A model generated the notes under the pieces. The model saw nothing but the letters and a program-made list of their open reading frames with translations. It did not search any database and was not told where the DNA came from. A stretch of 64,000 nt of DNA. It comes from an uncultured Elusimicrobia bacterium (GTDB lineage: Bacteria > Elusimicrobiota > Elusimicrobia > 2-01-FULL-59-12). Below, piece after piece: positions 54,780-63,638 of the stretch. The stretch covers positions 71,555-135,554 of the forward strand of contig CAYTWA010000007.1 of the NCBI GenBank assembly GCA_964441955.1, given 5' to 3'. Each line of letters opens with the position of its first letter. The first letter of the stretch is position 1. A program made the translations under genes and the position numbers.

Positions 54780-56000
54780 ATGTTCATTCCAAAACTGATT
54801 GTTTGTTTTCGTGAAGGCTATTCCTTCAAGCAATGGCTTCAAGACCTTCAAGCGGGGTTTGTGGTGGGGCTGGTGGCATTGCCATTGGCGATGGCCTTTG
54901 CCATTGCCAGCGGCTTGCCGCCGGAACGCGGACTCTATACCGCGATTGTGGCCGGGTTTTTAATTTCAGCGCTCGGGGGAAGCCGTGTGCAAATCGGCGG
55001 CCCCACCGGCGCATTCGTTTCGGTGGTTGCCGGTATCGTCGCGCAGCATGGCTATGAGGGGCTAGCGATCGCCACCTTCATGGGCGGCGTTATCTTAATT
55101 GTGATGGGCTTAAGCCGTTTGGGCACGTGGGTAAAATACATTCCGAACCCAGTCATCACAGGGTTTACCTCGGGTATTGCCGTCGTCATTTTTCGTGGCC
55201 AACTATCCGAAATAATCGGGCGACACCATGCGCCATGGAACCCTTGGGCATTGGCGCTATCCACGAGTACCGCTCTTGGAATATTTCTGTGGCCGAAATC
55301 CTGGAAAAAGTTTCCCGCGCCTGTGGCCGCCCTTTTGGGCATGACCGCGATCGCCGCTTTGGCCCATCTCCCCGTGGAAACCATTCAAAGTCGCTTCGGC
55401 GCCGTTGCGCAAACGCTCCCGGCGCCCTCCTGGCCAGACCTGTCGCTTGCGCACATTGGCCAGCTGCTTCCCGCGGCCATCACCATCGCACTGTTGGGTG
55501 CCATTGAATCCTTATTATCGGCTATGGTGGCCGACCGTATGATGAGTGGACGTCACAAATCTAATCTAGAGTTGGTCTCTCAAGGAATCGCCAACATGGT
55601 CTCCCCGATTTTTGGCGGGATCCCGGCGACCGGCGCCATTGCGCGCACCGCCACCAACATTCAAAATGGCGGGCGAACGCCGGTTGCCGGGATGACGCAC
55701 GCCTTGGTTTTGTTGGGAATCATTGGGGTAGCCGGTGCCTGGGTGGCCTACATTCCCATGGCGGTCCTCAGCGGAATATTGATTGTCGTGTGCTTCCATA
55801 TGTTTGATGGGCGAAGGTTCCGCTCGCATCTTAAAGACCCTGTGCATGAGCGCGTGGTGCTGCTGGCGACATTCCTTTTAACCGTGACGGTTAACTTGAC
55901 GGTCGCCGTAAGCGCAGGCTTAGCATTGGCGGCCGTTTTTGAGGTGATTAAGCGACGAGGTTCTCCGGCTTGCCCGCCAAAAACACCTGGATGTTGCTGA
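54780..56000 (+). CDS. SulP-family anion transporter membrane domain lacking a C-terminal STAS domain
   Basis: SulP TM-core similarity. The ORF ends at 406 aa and overlaps a convergent gene. Confidence 0.7.
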   Translation: MFIPKLIVCFREGYSFKQWLQDLQAGFVVGLVALPLAMAFAIASGLPPERGLYTAIVAGFLISALGGSRVQIGGPTGAFVSVVAGIVAQHGYEGLAIATFMGGVILIVMGLSRLGTWVKYIPNPVITGFTSGIAVVIFRGQLSEIIGRHHAPWNPWALALSTSTALGIFLWPKSWKKFPAPVAALLGMTAIAALAHLPVETIQSRFGAVAQTLPAPSWPDLSLAHIGQLLPAAITIALLGAIESLLSAMVADRMMSGRHKSNLELVSQGIANMVSPIFGGIPATGAIARTATNIQNGGRTPVAGMTHALVLLGIIGVAGAWVAYIPMAVLSGILIVVCFHMFDGRRFRSHLKDPVHERVVLLATFLLTVTVNLTVAVSAGLALAAVFEVIKRRGSPACPPKTPGCC

Positions 56001-56952
56001 CGGTCGTATCCAAGATGCGCTGCAAGGCTTCTTTGGAATCGAAGGCGATGTGGGGCGTGATAATGACGTTGTCGCGGTTTAGGAGGATATGGTTTTGAAG
56101 CAGCGTTTTCATTTGGTCTCCGGAGAAATCCTTCGCCAGAATTTGGCGTTCTTCCTTAATTAGGTCTTCGCCTTCCAATACGTCCAGCCCGGCGCCCGCC
56201 AAAATTCCCTGATCCAGCGCCAAAGCCAGCGCTTCAGTCTCGACTAAGCCGCCCCGTGCGGTGTTGATCAAAAGCGCGCCCTTCTTCAATTTGTTGATAT
56301 TGCCTTTGTTGATTAAGTGATGGGTGTGCTTGTTATAGGGGGCATGGAGGCTGATAATGTCGGCCCTGGCGAGCAGTTGATCGAGGGACACATAGGCAAA
56401 TCCCAACGTGTCGGCCAGAAACTCGCTTTTTTTTGGATCAAAAGCCACAACGTTCATGCCAAACCCTTTGGCGATGCGAATGGCATGAATTCCAATGTGT
56501 CCCGTTCCCACGATCCCAATGGTTTTGCCTTTCAGATCAAATCCTTGAAGACCTTTAAACGAGAAATTTCCGCGAATCGTCCGAAGATAGCCTTCGTGCG
56601 TTTTGCGGGAAAGGGCCAAAATCAATGCAAAGGTATGCTCCGCCACAGTATTTTCACCGTAGAAGGGCACATTGGCTACGGCGATGCGCCGCTTTTTACA
56701 AGCGGCAAGATCAATGTGGTCGTACCCAGTCGACCGTGTGGCAATCAATTTGAGCCGCGGCATTTGACGCAGTGTTTGAGCCGTGACACGAGAATAGATG
56801 AAAACGGACAAGACCTCCAACGACCGCAAGGCCGGCCCTTTCACATCCGAGGGCTTATCTTCAAAGAAATGCAGGGCGTGGCGTGAGAGCCCGCATTTCT
56901 TCAAATAGGCGGTTTCGTCAGGGGCGGATTCGAAAAAAGCGATAGAGGCCAT
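55948..56952 (-). CDS. D-isomer-specific 2-hydroxyacid dehydrogenase (D-lactate dehydrogenase-like)
   Basis: NAD-binding 'GIVGTGHIGIHAIRIAKGFGMNV', catalytic-region similarity and '..ITPHIAF'. Confidence 0.8.
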   Translation of the reverse strand: MASIAFFESAPDETAYLKKCGLSRHALHFFEDKPSDVKGPALRSLEVLSVFIYSRVTAQTLRQMPRLKLIATRSTGYDHIDLAACKKRRIAVANVPFYGENTVAEHTFALILALSRKTHEGYLRTIRGNFSFKGLQGFDLKGKTIGIVGTGHIGIHAIRIAKGFGMNVVAFDPKKSEFLADTLGFAYVSLDQLLARADIISLHAPYNKHTHHLINKGNINKLKKGALLINTARGGLVETEALALALDQGILAGAGLDVLEGEDLIKEERQILAKDFSGDQMKTLLQNHILLNRDNVIITPHIAFDSKEALQRILDTTVSNIQVFLAGKPENLVA

Positions 56953-56966
56953 GAGGGGCTCCTATC

Positions 56967-57787
56967 TTATGAATTTTTGGGTGCCGGCTTGAGGGGAGGG
57001 GCCGAGACGCTGCTTTTGAAAACGATGGTTTTGTTCTTTCCCGCCGCCTTGGCGTTGTACAAGGCTTGGTCGGAAGCATTCAAGAAACTGTCCTTATCGA
57101 AAATGCCCGCGGCCGTGTCCGGATAGGTGGCCAAGCCAATACTCAGTGTTACTTTGGCGGACATTTGTTGAAAGGTAAATAGCGTCGATTCCACAGCTTT
57201 TCGAATCCGTTCGCCAATCACCTCCGCCACGTCCGCTTCGGCATGCGGCATCAACACCATGAATTCTTCACCGCCATAACGACCCACGATGTCGATGCGC
57301 CGCACTTGGTCGCGAATGATTTGCGCGATTTGGGCGAGCACATGGTCGCCAAAGGGATGGCCGTGGGTGTCGTTAACGGTTTTAAAGTTGTCGATATCCA
57401 GCATGAGACAACTTAAAGGGGTTTTGTAGCGTTCCACACGTTCGACTTCCTGTGCGAGCATTTCTTGAATATGGCGGTGGTTGTAGACGCCGGTCAATCC
57501 GTCGGTAATGGCTAGGAGATTTAGCGTGGAAACGGTCCCTTGCGCTTTTTCGTTTTCGTCTTTTAAGACATCATTGTTGCGTCCCAAAAAAAAGCCGAAC
57601 AAAGCAAAGGCCGTCACTGTGCCAAGCGTCATATACAAATAAAACCCGCCCACACTGGCCCACTCGCTTTGAAACCATGCCCAAAGCCCCGTATGGTACG
57701 TGGCCACAAATCGCCAAACCAAAGCGCCTGCGGGCGCCCCTAGACCTAAAACAGCCCCTAACAAGGCAAATCGTTCTTCATTGCGCA
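56967..57787 (-). CDS. Membrane-anchored GGDEF diguanylate cyclase
   Basis: 'RYGGEEF' active-site motif and N-terminal TM helices. GAGGTG SD precedes the chosen start; the track start at 57851 is an alternative. Confidence 0.8.
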
Positions 57788-57901
57788 TGAAGCGCCACCT
57801 CTTACTATTAAGATACCGCGATAGTGCAGCCTTGTTTATGACGGCGGTCATACGCGTATTTTTTGATGGATGAGGATGGAAAGCCGGTTGCGGCGAAGTC
57901 G

Positions 57902-58582
57902 TTAGCAGCGCATCAAAGCCACTTCTTTTTGAAGCGCATCGAGGTTCTTAAGCGTGATGGCCCCACGGATAGACGAGACCCAGCCTTTTTTAGTGAAGGA
58001 GGAGAGAGTCCGAATGGCGGTTTCCACGGTCGTTCCCGAAAGTTCACCCACTTCGCGCTTGGTCATCGGTATCTTGGCTCCGTGTTGTTTGTACAAGCGA
58101 AGCAAAGTCATGGCGATGCGTTTTTCGACCGGCTCTTGCCCCTGGCAGCTAAGGTCGCGTACGTTGTTTAGCCGTTCGCTGCACAGGGAACAAACCCCTT
58201 TCATCATGGCGGGGGAATGGTTGTAAGCCTGCAGGAAGGCTTGGTCGGCAATTTGAATGACCGTGGTGGGGGTCGCTGCCACGGCCGTGCATGGGTAGCT
58301 TCGGCTGTTACCCCCCATACGGCAAAGCGTACCGAAAAGTTCCTTAGGTCCCAGGCTTTCGATAGCAAACGAGTGGCCAGTCGATGTGAATTTAAAGATT
58401 TGAATTCGACCGTCCTGCAAAACCCAGACGCTATCCGCCGCGTCCCCTTCCGCATAAAGGGTTTCCCCCTTTTTATAAGAGCGCTGTCGGGCGCCTTTTT
58501 CCAGGCGAGCTAATTCGTCCGCGGGAAGGGACCGGAATGGGTCGGCTTGGGAGAGGAACGTATGGATAGAGGAGATCCCCAT
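57902..58582 (-). CDS. Crp/Fnr-family transcriptional regulator
   Basis: cNMP-binding-like N-terminal domain and C-terminal HTH '..REVGELSGTTVETAIRTLSSF..'. Confidence 0.75.
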   Translation of the reverse strand: MGISSIHTFLSQADPFRSLPADELARLEKGARQRSYKKGETLYAEGDAADSVWVLQDGRIQIFKFTSTGHSFAIESLGPKELFGTLCRMGGNSRSYPCTAVAATPTTVIQIADQAFLQAYNHSPAMMKGVCSLCSERLNNVRDLSCQGQEPVEKRIAMTLLRLYKQHGAKIPMTKREVGELSGTTVETAIRTLSSFTKKGWVSSIRGAITLKNLDALQKEVALMRC

Positions 58583-58602
58583 GGGAGTGGGGACATCTTA
58601 TC

Positions 58603-59067
58603 TCACCCGCGTTTGCGCGCCAAGCGGGAAAAACCCTCCTGGCCGCGATGGAACTCCGTGAGGTAGGGGCCGAAGGTCTTACCGATAGCGCCATGCAGCT
58701 GACGTTTAATCAGCAGCCAGGCCGAGGTGTCGGCATCCAAACAAAAATCGTTGAACAAATGCGCCTCGATGTCGGTGTAAAAACCAACGACGCCCTTCTT
58801 CAATTTAAACTGACGTGCGCCGTCGTGTTCGCACGTGCGGCGTTCGTGGACCCATTTGCGAAAATGAGTCCGCAAGGTTTTGGAAATGTCCGATGGCTTG
58901 ACGGGGGCCACCCCGACGGCCCGGTACTGCGCCAAGAGGCGGGCCACCCGCCCGCCTAATTCCTTCAAAATATCCTGGACGTTTTCCCCTGGCGGTAAGC
59001 GAAATTGAAGCGTTTGCACCCGCATAAGGTAGCGGGGAATTTCACAAGAGACTATGACGGCCCTCAT
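58603..59067 (-). CDS. Hypothetical protein, translationally coupled to the upstream phosphoesterase gene
   Basis: ORF overlapping the stop of 59064..61337 by 4 nt. No recognisable motif. Confidence 0.3.
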   Translation of the reverse strand: MRAVIVSCEIPRYLMRVQTLQFRLPPGENVQDILKELGGRVARLLAQYRAVGVAPVKPSDISKTLRTHFRKWVHERRTCEHDGARQFKLKKGVVGFYTDIEAHLFNDFCLDADTSAWLLIKRQLHGAIGKTFGPYLTEFHRGQEGFSRLARKRG

Positions 59068-61337
59068 AGAAGCGTTTTCTGAAATGCCACATCCACGACT
59101 ACAGGTAAATGGTCTGAGGCAATCTTTTCAAGCTCCGTATCCGGAATATCTACTCCGGTTACGGTTAAATCTTCCGAAACGAAAACGTGGTCGATGCATC
59201 CTACCGGAAAGCGGCCAAACCAGGTTTTCTTCGAAGGATATCCGGCGTGCCGCAGCTGGGCGTCGTGCAGGCGTTTTTGGAAAAGGCGCCAGGTGGGCGA
59301 CCCTGGCCATGCGTTCATGTCTCCTAGAACGATGACCGGGTAGCGGCAGTCGGGGTGGCCCACCCAGTCCGTGCCCATTAACGCTTCGGCTTGCCGCCGC
59401 GATTGGGGCGCCCAAATGCTTAAGTGTGTGTTGACGATTTGCACCTCTCGGCCGTGGAGATGGACAGTGGCCCAAAGTGCTCCACGCCGCTCGGAATCAC
59501 TGAAAGTGGGTTCACCGGGCAGGCGGCCTTGTCGCACCAAACGCATCGGATGACGGCTTAAAATCGCATCGCCGAATTGCTCGTGCTCCTCCTGAACAGC
59601 GGGAAAAAAGAATTGGTGCATGCCTAAAAGATGAGCCAGTGTGCCGGCTTGGTCCGTCTGGCCGGATCTTTTCCGGCCGACGTCTAGTTCTTGAAGCGCC
59701 ACGACGTCGGGGTGGTGTGTTGCGATCACGCGCGCCACGCGCTCGATCGAAAGTCGGCCATCCATGCCGCGGCAGCCATGCACGTTATACGTCATCACCC
59801 GAAAGTGTCCAGGAGCTCGCATGCGGACGACCCGCGTGGGGGCTTGTTCCGTATCTTTCCCTAAAATGTGAAGCGCGGCCTGACGCAAATCCCAAGGTCT
59901 TAGAAATGCTCGGTGTCCCGAGGGGAGGGCTGTGTCGGATGGAAGCAGCGCAAACGCTTGCGTTTCATGTGAACCGGGACCCCCATGAGATCCGTTTACG
60001 GCTTCCCACGTCACGGATTTTTTTCCCGGTTGCCATCCGAGGAGAACCAAGTCCCCAGCATCGGGGTGGTGGGCGAGCGACACCAAATCGCCCGCGAGTT
60101 CGCCATGGAACGGATGGTTTTGGCCAAGCAGGCGATCCGCTTGACCCGGAAGACCAAGCTGGCCTTCTTGCGTCCATGCGTGGGCCAAGCCAGGATGCCC
60201 GGCGCTCAAAATACAAGGAATCGGTCTTTCGGCGATCAGCTGCGAAGCCAACGCAGACCGTTCAGCGGCCGTTGGGCGAGATGCCAGGTAGATATGGCCC
60301 ACCGGCCCCATGGTGGCCGTTGCGGCAACCCTCAGGTGCTGCTTCGAGGCGGCGCGACTGGCCGTGACGGCGAGCGATTCACCGCTTAAGTCTCGGTAGG
60401 CGATGGCCTCTTCCTGCCCATGGTCGGAATACACCCAGACGTCATAGAGACGATGGGAGGAGCGGTGGGCGGCTTTCCAAATGTCTTGCACCACGCGGTC
60501 GATGCCTTTAAGCGCCCAGGCGGCGAATGCTGATGAAGGCCCGCGGCGGTGTGCGTATTCGTCATAGCCCACCAGATTGAGATGAATCACCGGCAGGCCC
60601 CGGACAATGTCGATGATCGCCGCGGCGGCAATAAATTCACGCAAGAGTCCGCAAACAGTCAAACGTGAAACAATAAATCCAAGCTCTTTTGCGATGTTTT
60701 GGCCTTTCAGAATGCCGGAAATCGCCATCGTTACGGCCAATGTGGATTCCATGATGAAATAAAGGAGTCCGCGAGGGGAAAGACCTACGCGTAGCAACAG
60801 AAGAACCGTGGCAAAGAGTCGCCTCGCCTGTAGGCCGTGCCCCCATCCTACGGACGCCATGCAGAAATGGGCTTCTTTGGCGCCCCCGGTAAAAATGTCC
60901 GAATAAGCAGACCCCCCTTCTAAAAGCGGAAGGCCTTGCTGCGCCAGTTTTTTTTCTAAACGTGCCGCCGTGTCCGGTTCAAAAAAATTCACCAGGCGAC
61001 TCAGGCCGCGGTCGAAATACTGGAAGGCCGGCACAGCGCCGCGCACACCGTAAAAAAGTTCACCCTGAATGGCTGGTGTCGATGCTGGCAAGCCGGTGTA
61101 AAGGGGATGTAGCGCGTAGCGCTCGCCGCGGATCAGCCGGCGGATGAACGGAAGCCGCCCTTCCGCCACGGCGCTTTCCAAACAGCGCAGCGAAAGGCCA
61201 TCGATTTGAATCATGACCAAACCCCGGCCCAGGTCCTTCGGCGATGCAGAAGGAAGCCGCCACACCCAGGCAATCCACTGAGCGGGGTTCAAAAACCGGC
61301 CCAACCGCCGCACAACGGTTTCTATCCAGCCAATCAT
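59064..61337 (-). CDS. Two-domain phosphoesterase: N-terminal alkaline-phosphatase-superfamily (NPP/type I phosphodiesterase-like, with embedded hydrophobic segments) + C-terminal endonuclease/exonuclease/phosphatase (EEP) domain
   Basis: 'MIQIDGLSL..YTGLPASTPAIQGELFYG..LVGYDEYAHRRG..VYSDHGQ' are AP-superfamily metal-site motifs. 'MTYNVHGCRG..VVALQELD..IVNTHLS..GDMNA..IDHVFVS' are EEP motifs. Confidence 0.6.
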   Translation of the reverse strand: MIGWIETVVRRLGRFLNPAQWIAWVWRLPSASPKDLGRGLVMIQIDGLSLRCLESAVAEGRLPFIRRLIRGERYALHPLYTGLPASTPAIQGELFYGVRGAVPAFQYFDRGLSRLVNFFEPDTAARLEKKLAQQGLPLLEGGSAYSDIFTGGAKEAHFCMASVGWGHGLQARRLFATVLLLLRVGLSPRGLLYFIMESTLAVTMAISGILKGQNIAKELGFIVSRLTVCGLLREFIAAAAIIDIVRGLPVIHLNLVGYDEYAHRRGPSSAFAAWALKGIDRVVQDIWKAAHRSSHRLYDVWVYSDHGQEEAIAYRDLSGESLAVTASRAASKQHLRVAATATMGPVGHIYLASRPTAAERSALASQLIAERPIPCILSAGHPGLAHAWTQEGQLGLPGQADRLLGQNHPFHGELAGDLVSLAHHPDAGDLVLLGWQPGKKSVTWEAVNGSHGGPGSHETQAFALLPSDTALPSGHRAFLRPWDLRQAALHILGKDTEQAPTRVVRMRAPGHFRVMTYNVHGCRGMDGRLSIERVARVIATHHPDVVALQELDVGRKRSGQTDQAGTLAHLLGMHQFFFPAVQEEHEQFGDAILSRHPMRLVRQGRLPGEPTFSDSERRGALWATVHLHGREVQIVNTHLSIWAPQSRRQAEALMGTDWVGHPDCRYPVIVLGDMNAWPGSPTWRLFQKRLHDAQLRHAGYPSKKTWFGRFPVGCIDHVFVSEDLTVTGVDIPDTELEKIASDHLPVVVDVAFQKTLL

Positions 61338-61441
61338 CCGAAGACATCCTATCGACCCTTCCCGTTGCCGACTATGACGGTCGTCATGGACCTGCCCGGA
61401 CGAAAGGTTTACGCTAGAGGCGAAACGGACGGGCAGGGGGT

Positions 61442-62398
61442 GTGGTCATGGTCAACAAACTTCCGTCGGCAGTGCGTAGCCTTCATCTTAATACAGCCCA
61501 GTGTTTGGACGATGTCGCCAATAAGGCGGCTTTGCTGGCTTGGGACGGGCTGCTCCGAGAAAACCATTCCACCGCGTATGACCCCCACTGTTTCCCTACG
61601 CTGGCGAAAACCATCCATCGTATCCTTCAGCGCCGCATCGACACCTGTCCCCTTTGTGAAGACCCCCGACAATGCGACCCCTGGGCGCGGACGGGTGGTG
61701 TTCCGCTTCATTCCACAGTCTCTACGGTGTCGTGCATGGGGCATCGCGCGCGAGTTGAAAAGGAGACGAGCGATTCCTTGGAACAGCTTCGCAGGGAACT
61801 TGAAAACGAAGCCACCTTGTTTTTAACTGGGGGCCATCAGCCTCGCGCCACACCATCTCCGTTGTTGACGGAGATGGTGCATCGTGCGATGGAAAACACC
61901 GTGTCGTATCTCAAAGAAAACGTTGCCTGTTCCCGCTGCGAAAACGTGCGTAACGTCCGAATCCAAAAAGAAATCAAGGCGTCGAAGGGGGGAGCCATGC
62001 TGAAAGCAGAGCTAGGGCAGGAATTGGTTCTCGAAGTGCTTAACGATATCGGCGTGTTGGCGGAAATCACCCAGGTGGTCTCGGACAAAGGCATCAGCCT
62101 TCGTGCGGTGTCTAGCTGGGTGAAAGGGGCCGACGGCCTCATTCACCTGGTGACAGATGATAACCTGAGAGCAGGGGATGCGCTGCGCAAGAAAAAATTC
62201 AAAGTCCGAGAGGAAAAGGTCATCCTAGCCGAGCTGCCGAACAAGCCCGGTATGCTTAAACGGTTGACGGAACGACTCGAGGCCGAGCAAATCGACATCC
62301 ACCACCTCTATGCTACCGCTGATGGAATCGACAAATGTCTGGTTGTTTTTTCCTCATCCGACAACGACCGGGCGATGGTGGAGATCAACCGAGCATAA
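61442..62398 (+). CDS. Tandem ACT-domain protein with Cys-containing N-terminal domain
   Basis: C-terminal '..ELVLEVLNDIGVLAEITQVVSDKGISLR..' and '..VILAELPNKPGMLKRLTERLEAEQIDIHHL' are ACT-like. N-terminal 'CPLCEDPRQC' and 'CSRCENV'. Confidence 0.5.
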   Translation: MVMVNKLPSAVRSLHLNTAQCLDDVANKAALLAWDGLLRENHSTAYDPHCFPTLAKTIHRILQRRIDTCPLCEDPRQCDPWARTGGVPLHSTVSTVSCMGHRARVEKETSDSLEQLRRELENEATLFLTGGHQPRATPSPLLTEMVHRAMENTVSYLKENVACSRCENVRNVRIQKEIKASKGGAMLKAELGQELVLEVLNDIGVLAEITQVVSDKGISLRAVSSWVKGADGLIHLVTDDNLRAGDALRKKKFKVREEKVILAELPNKPGMLKRLTERLEAEQIDIHHLYATADGIDKCLVVFSSSDNDRAMVEINRA

Positions 62399-62415
62399 AC
62401 TGGGTCCGCTTCTGA

Positions 62416-62715
62416 TCACGAGGCGTCGCAGGTGCCTTCTCGAAAAAAGGGCTGCCCCAGAATACGGCCGGTGAATCGATACCCGTACACCCCTGATTTT
62501 GGAAAGGTAATGCTTCCTTTGAGGAGATGGCCCTCGCGGTGTTCTTCTAAAGTCAGCTCGAGGCGCTGGTAAAACCCATCCGCATGAAACTCGGCCGCGG
62601 CGCCGTCACTGACCCCGCAACAGGAGGGGATGTGGGCGGCCAATTGGATTTCCACGTCATAGGCCAGCGGCGTGGTGTTGGGAATAAAACGGACGTTTTG
62701 TATGGGTTCGGTCAT
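62416..62715 (-). CDS. Hypothetical small protein
   Basis: 99-aa ORF. No motif recognised. Confidence 0.3.
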   Translation of the reverse strand: MTEPIQNVRFIPNTTPLAYDVEIQLAAHIPSCCGVSDGAAAEFHADGFYQRLELTLEEHREGHLLKGSITFPKSGVYGYRFTGRILGQPFFREGTCDAS

Positions 62716-62814
62716 GGTGCTCTCCGCTGAGGTAGCGTAGCGTATTGTTTTTTGAATTGGATATGACCGGCATCATAGTGCTTTACCCTCAGAGGCCCTA
62801 CATTATTCCCGCAC

Positions 62815-63606
62815 ATGACCACTACAACGGAATTCGAGAATAGATTTTACGAGCTCTTCTTGGCGTTCTTTCACCGCGCGGAAGCGCATCGCCGGTGGAA
62901 TCTGCAAGGGGATATTCCCTGGAAAGAAGCCAACCCGTCTATTTCTGATAACGTCGCACTTATTGCGGAATCGTTTATGGCAGTGGAGCTTTATTTGCCG
63001 GATTACACCCGGCGCATCATGGAGCTCGTGCGCCAAAGCCGCGGCCGGGCGTGGTTCCAGGCCAATTGGGGCTACGAAGAATGCAAACACTCGCTAGGTT
63101 TGGAAATGTGGCTGGTGGCTTCCGGCAAGCGAAAAACAAAAGAAATTAGGGAGTTTAGTTCCACGGTGCTCGAGCGCGTGTGGGATCTTCCCTTTGAGAC
63201 GCCCCGGCAGATGATGATTTACACCACCTTTCAAGAGTTGGCCACAGGCCTTAATTACCGACGCCTGCGTGAGCACGCGATTCAGCAAAACGACCCAGCC
63301 CTTACGAAACTCTTAAGTCTCATCGCGGCCGATGAGTCGGCGCACTACCAGTTTTTTCAAGATGGCGTAAAACTCTACCTGGAAACCGATCGCGACAAAA
63401 CATTGGAAGACATTCAGCGCGTCTTAACCCTTTTTCGCATGCCCGCACAAGATTTGATTCCCGATTGGGAACACCGAGGGAAGGTGATTGTGGGTGAAAA
63501 AGTGTTCAGCGACCGTATCTTCCTAAAAGACATTGTTTTCCCTGTCCTTAAAGTGTTGGGAACGAGCCGTGAGGAGCTGAAAGCGCTTACGGCTGTCCCT
63601 GCGTGA
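62815..63606 (+). CDS. Acyl-ACP desaturase-like ferritin-fold diiron protein
   Basis: Two E..EExxH-type motifs ('GYEECKHS', 'AADESAHY') spaced as in soluble acyl-ACP desaturases. Confidence 0.55.
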   Translation: MTTTTEFENRFYELFLAFFHRAEAHRRWNLQGDIPWKEANPSISDNVALIAESFMAVELYLPDYTRRIMELVRQSRGRAWFQANWGYEECKHSLGLEMWLVASGKRKTKEIREFSSTVLERVWDLPFETPRQMMIYTTFQELATGLNYRRLREHAIQQNDPALTKLLSLIAADESAHYQFFQDGVKLYLETDRDKTLEDIQRVLTLFRMPAQDLIPDWEHRGKVIVGEKVFSDRIFLKDIVFPVLKVLGTSREELKALTAVPA

Positions 63607-63638
63607 TATCCTCCCGAAGATTTGGTGTGAGGGGGGGC

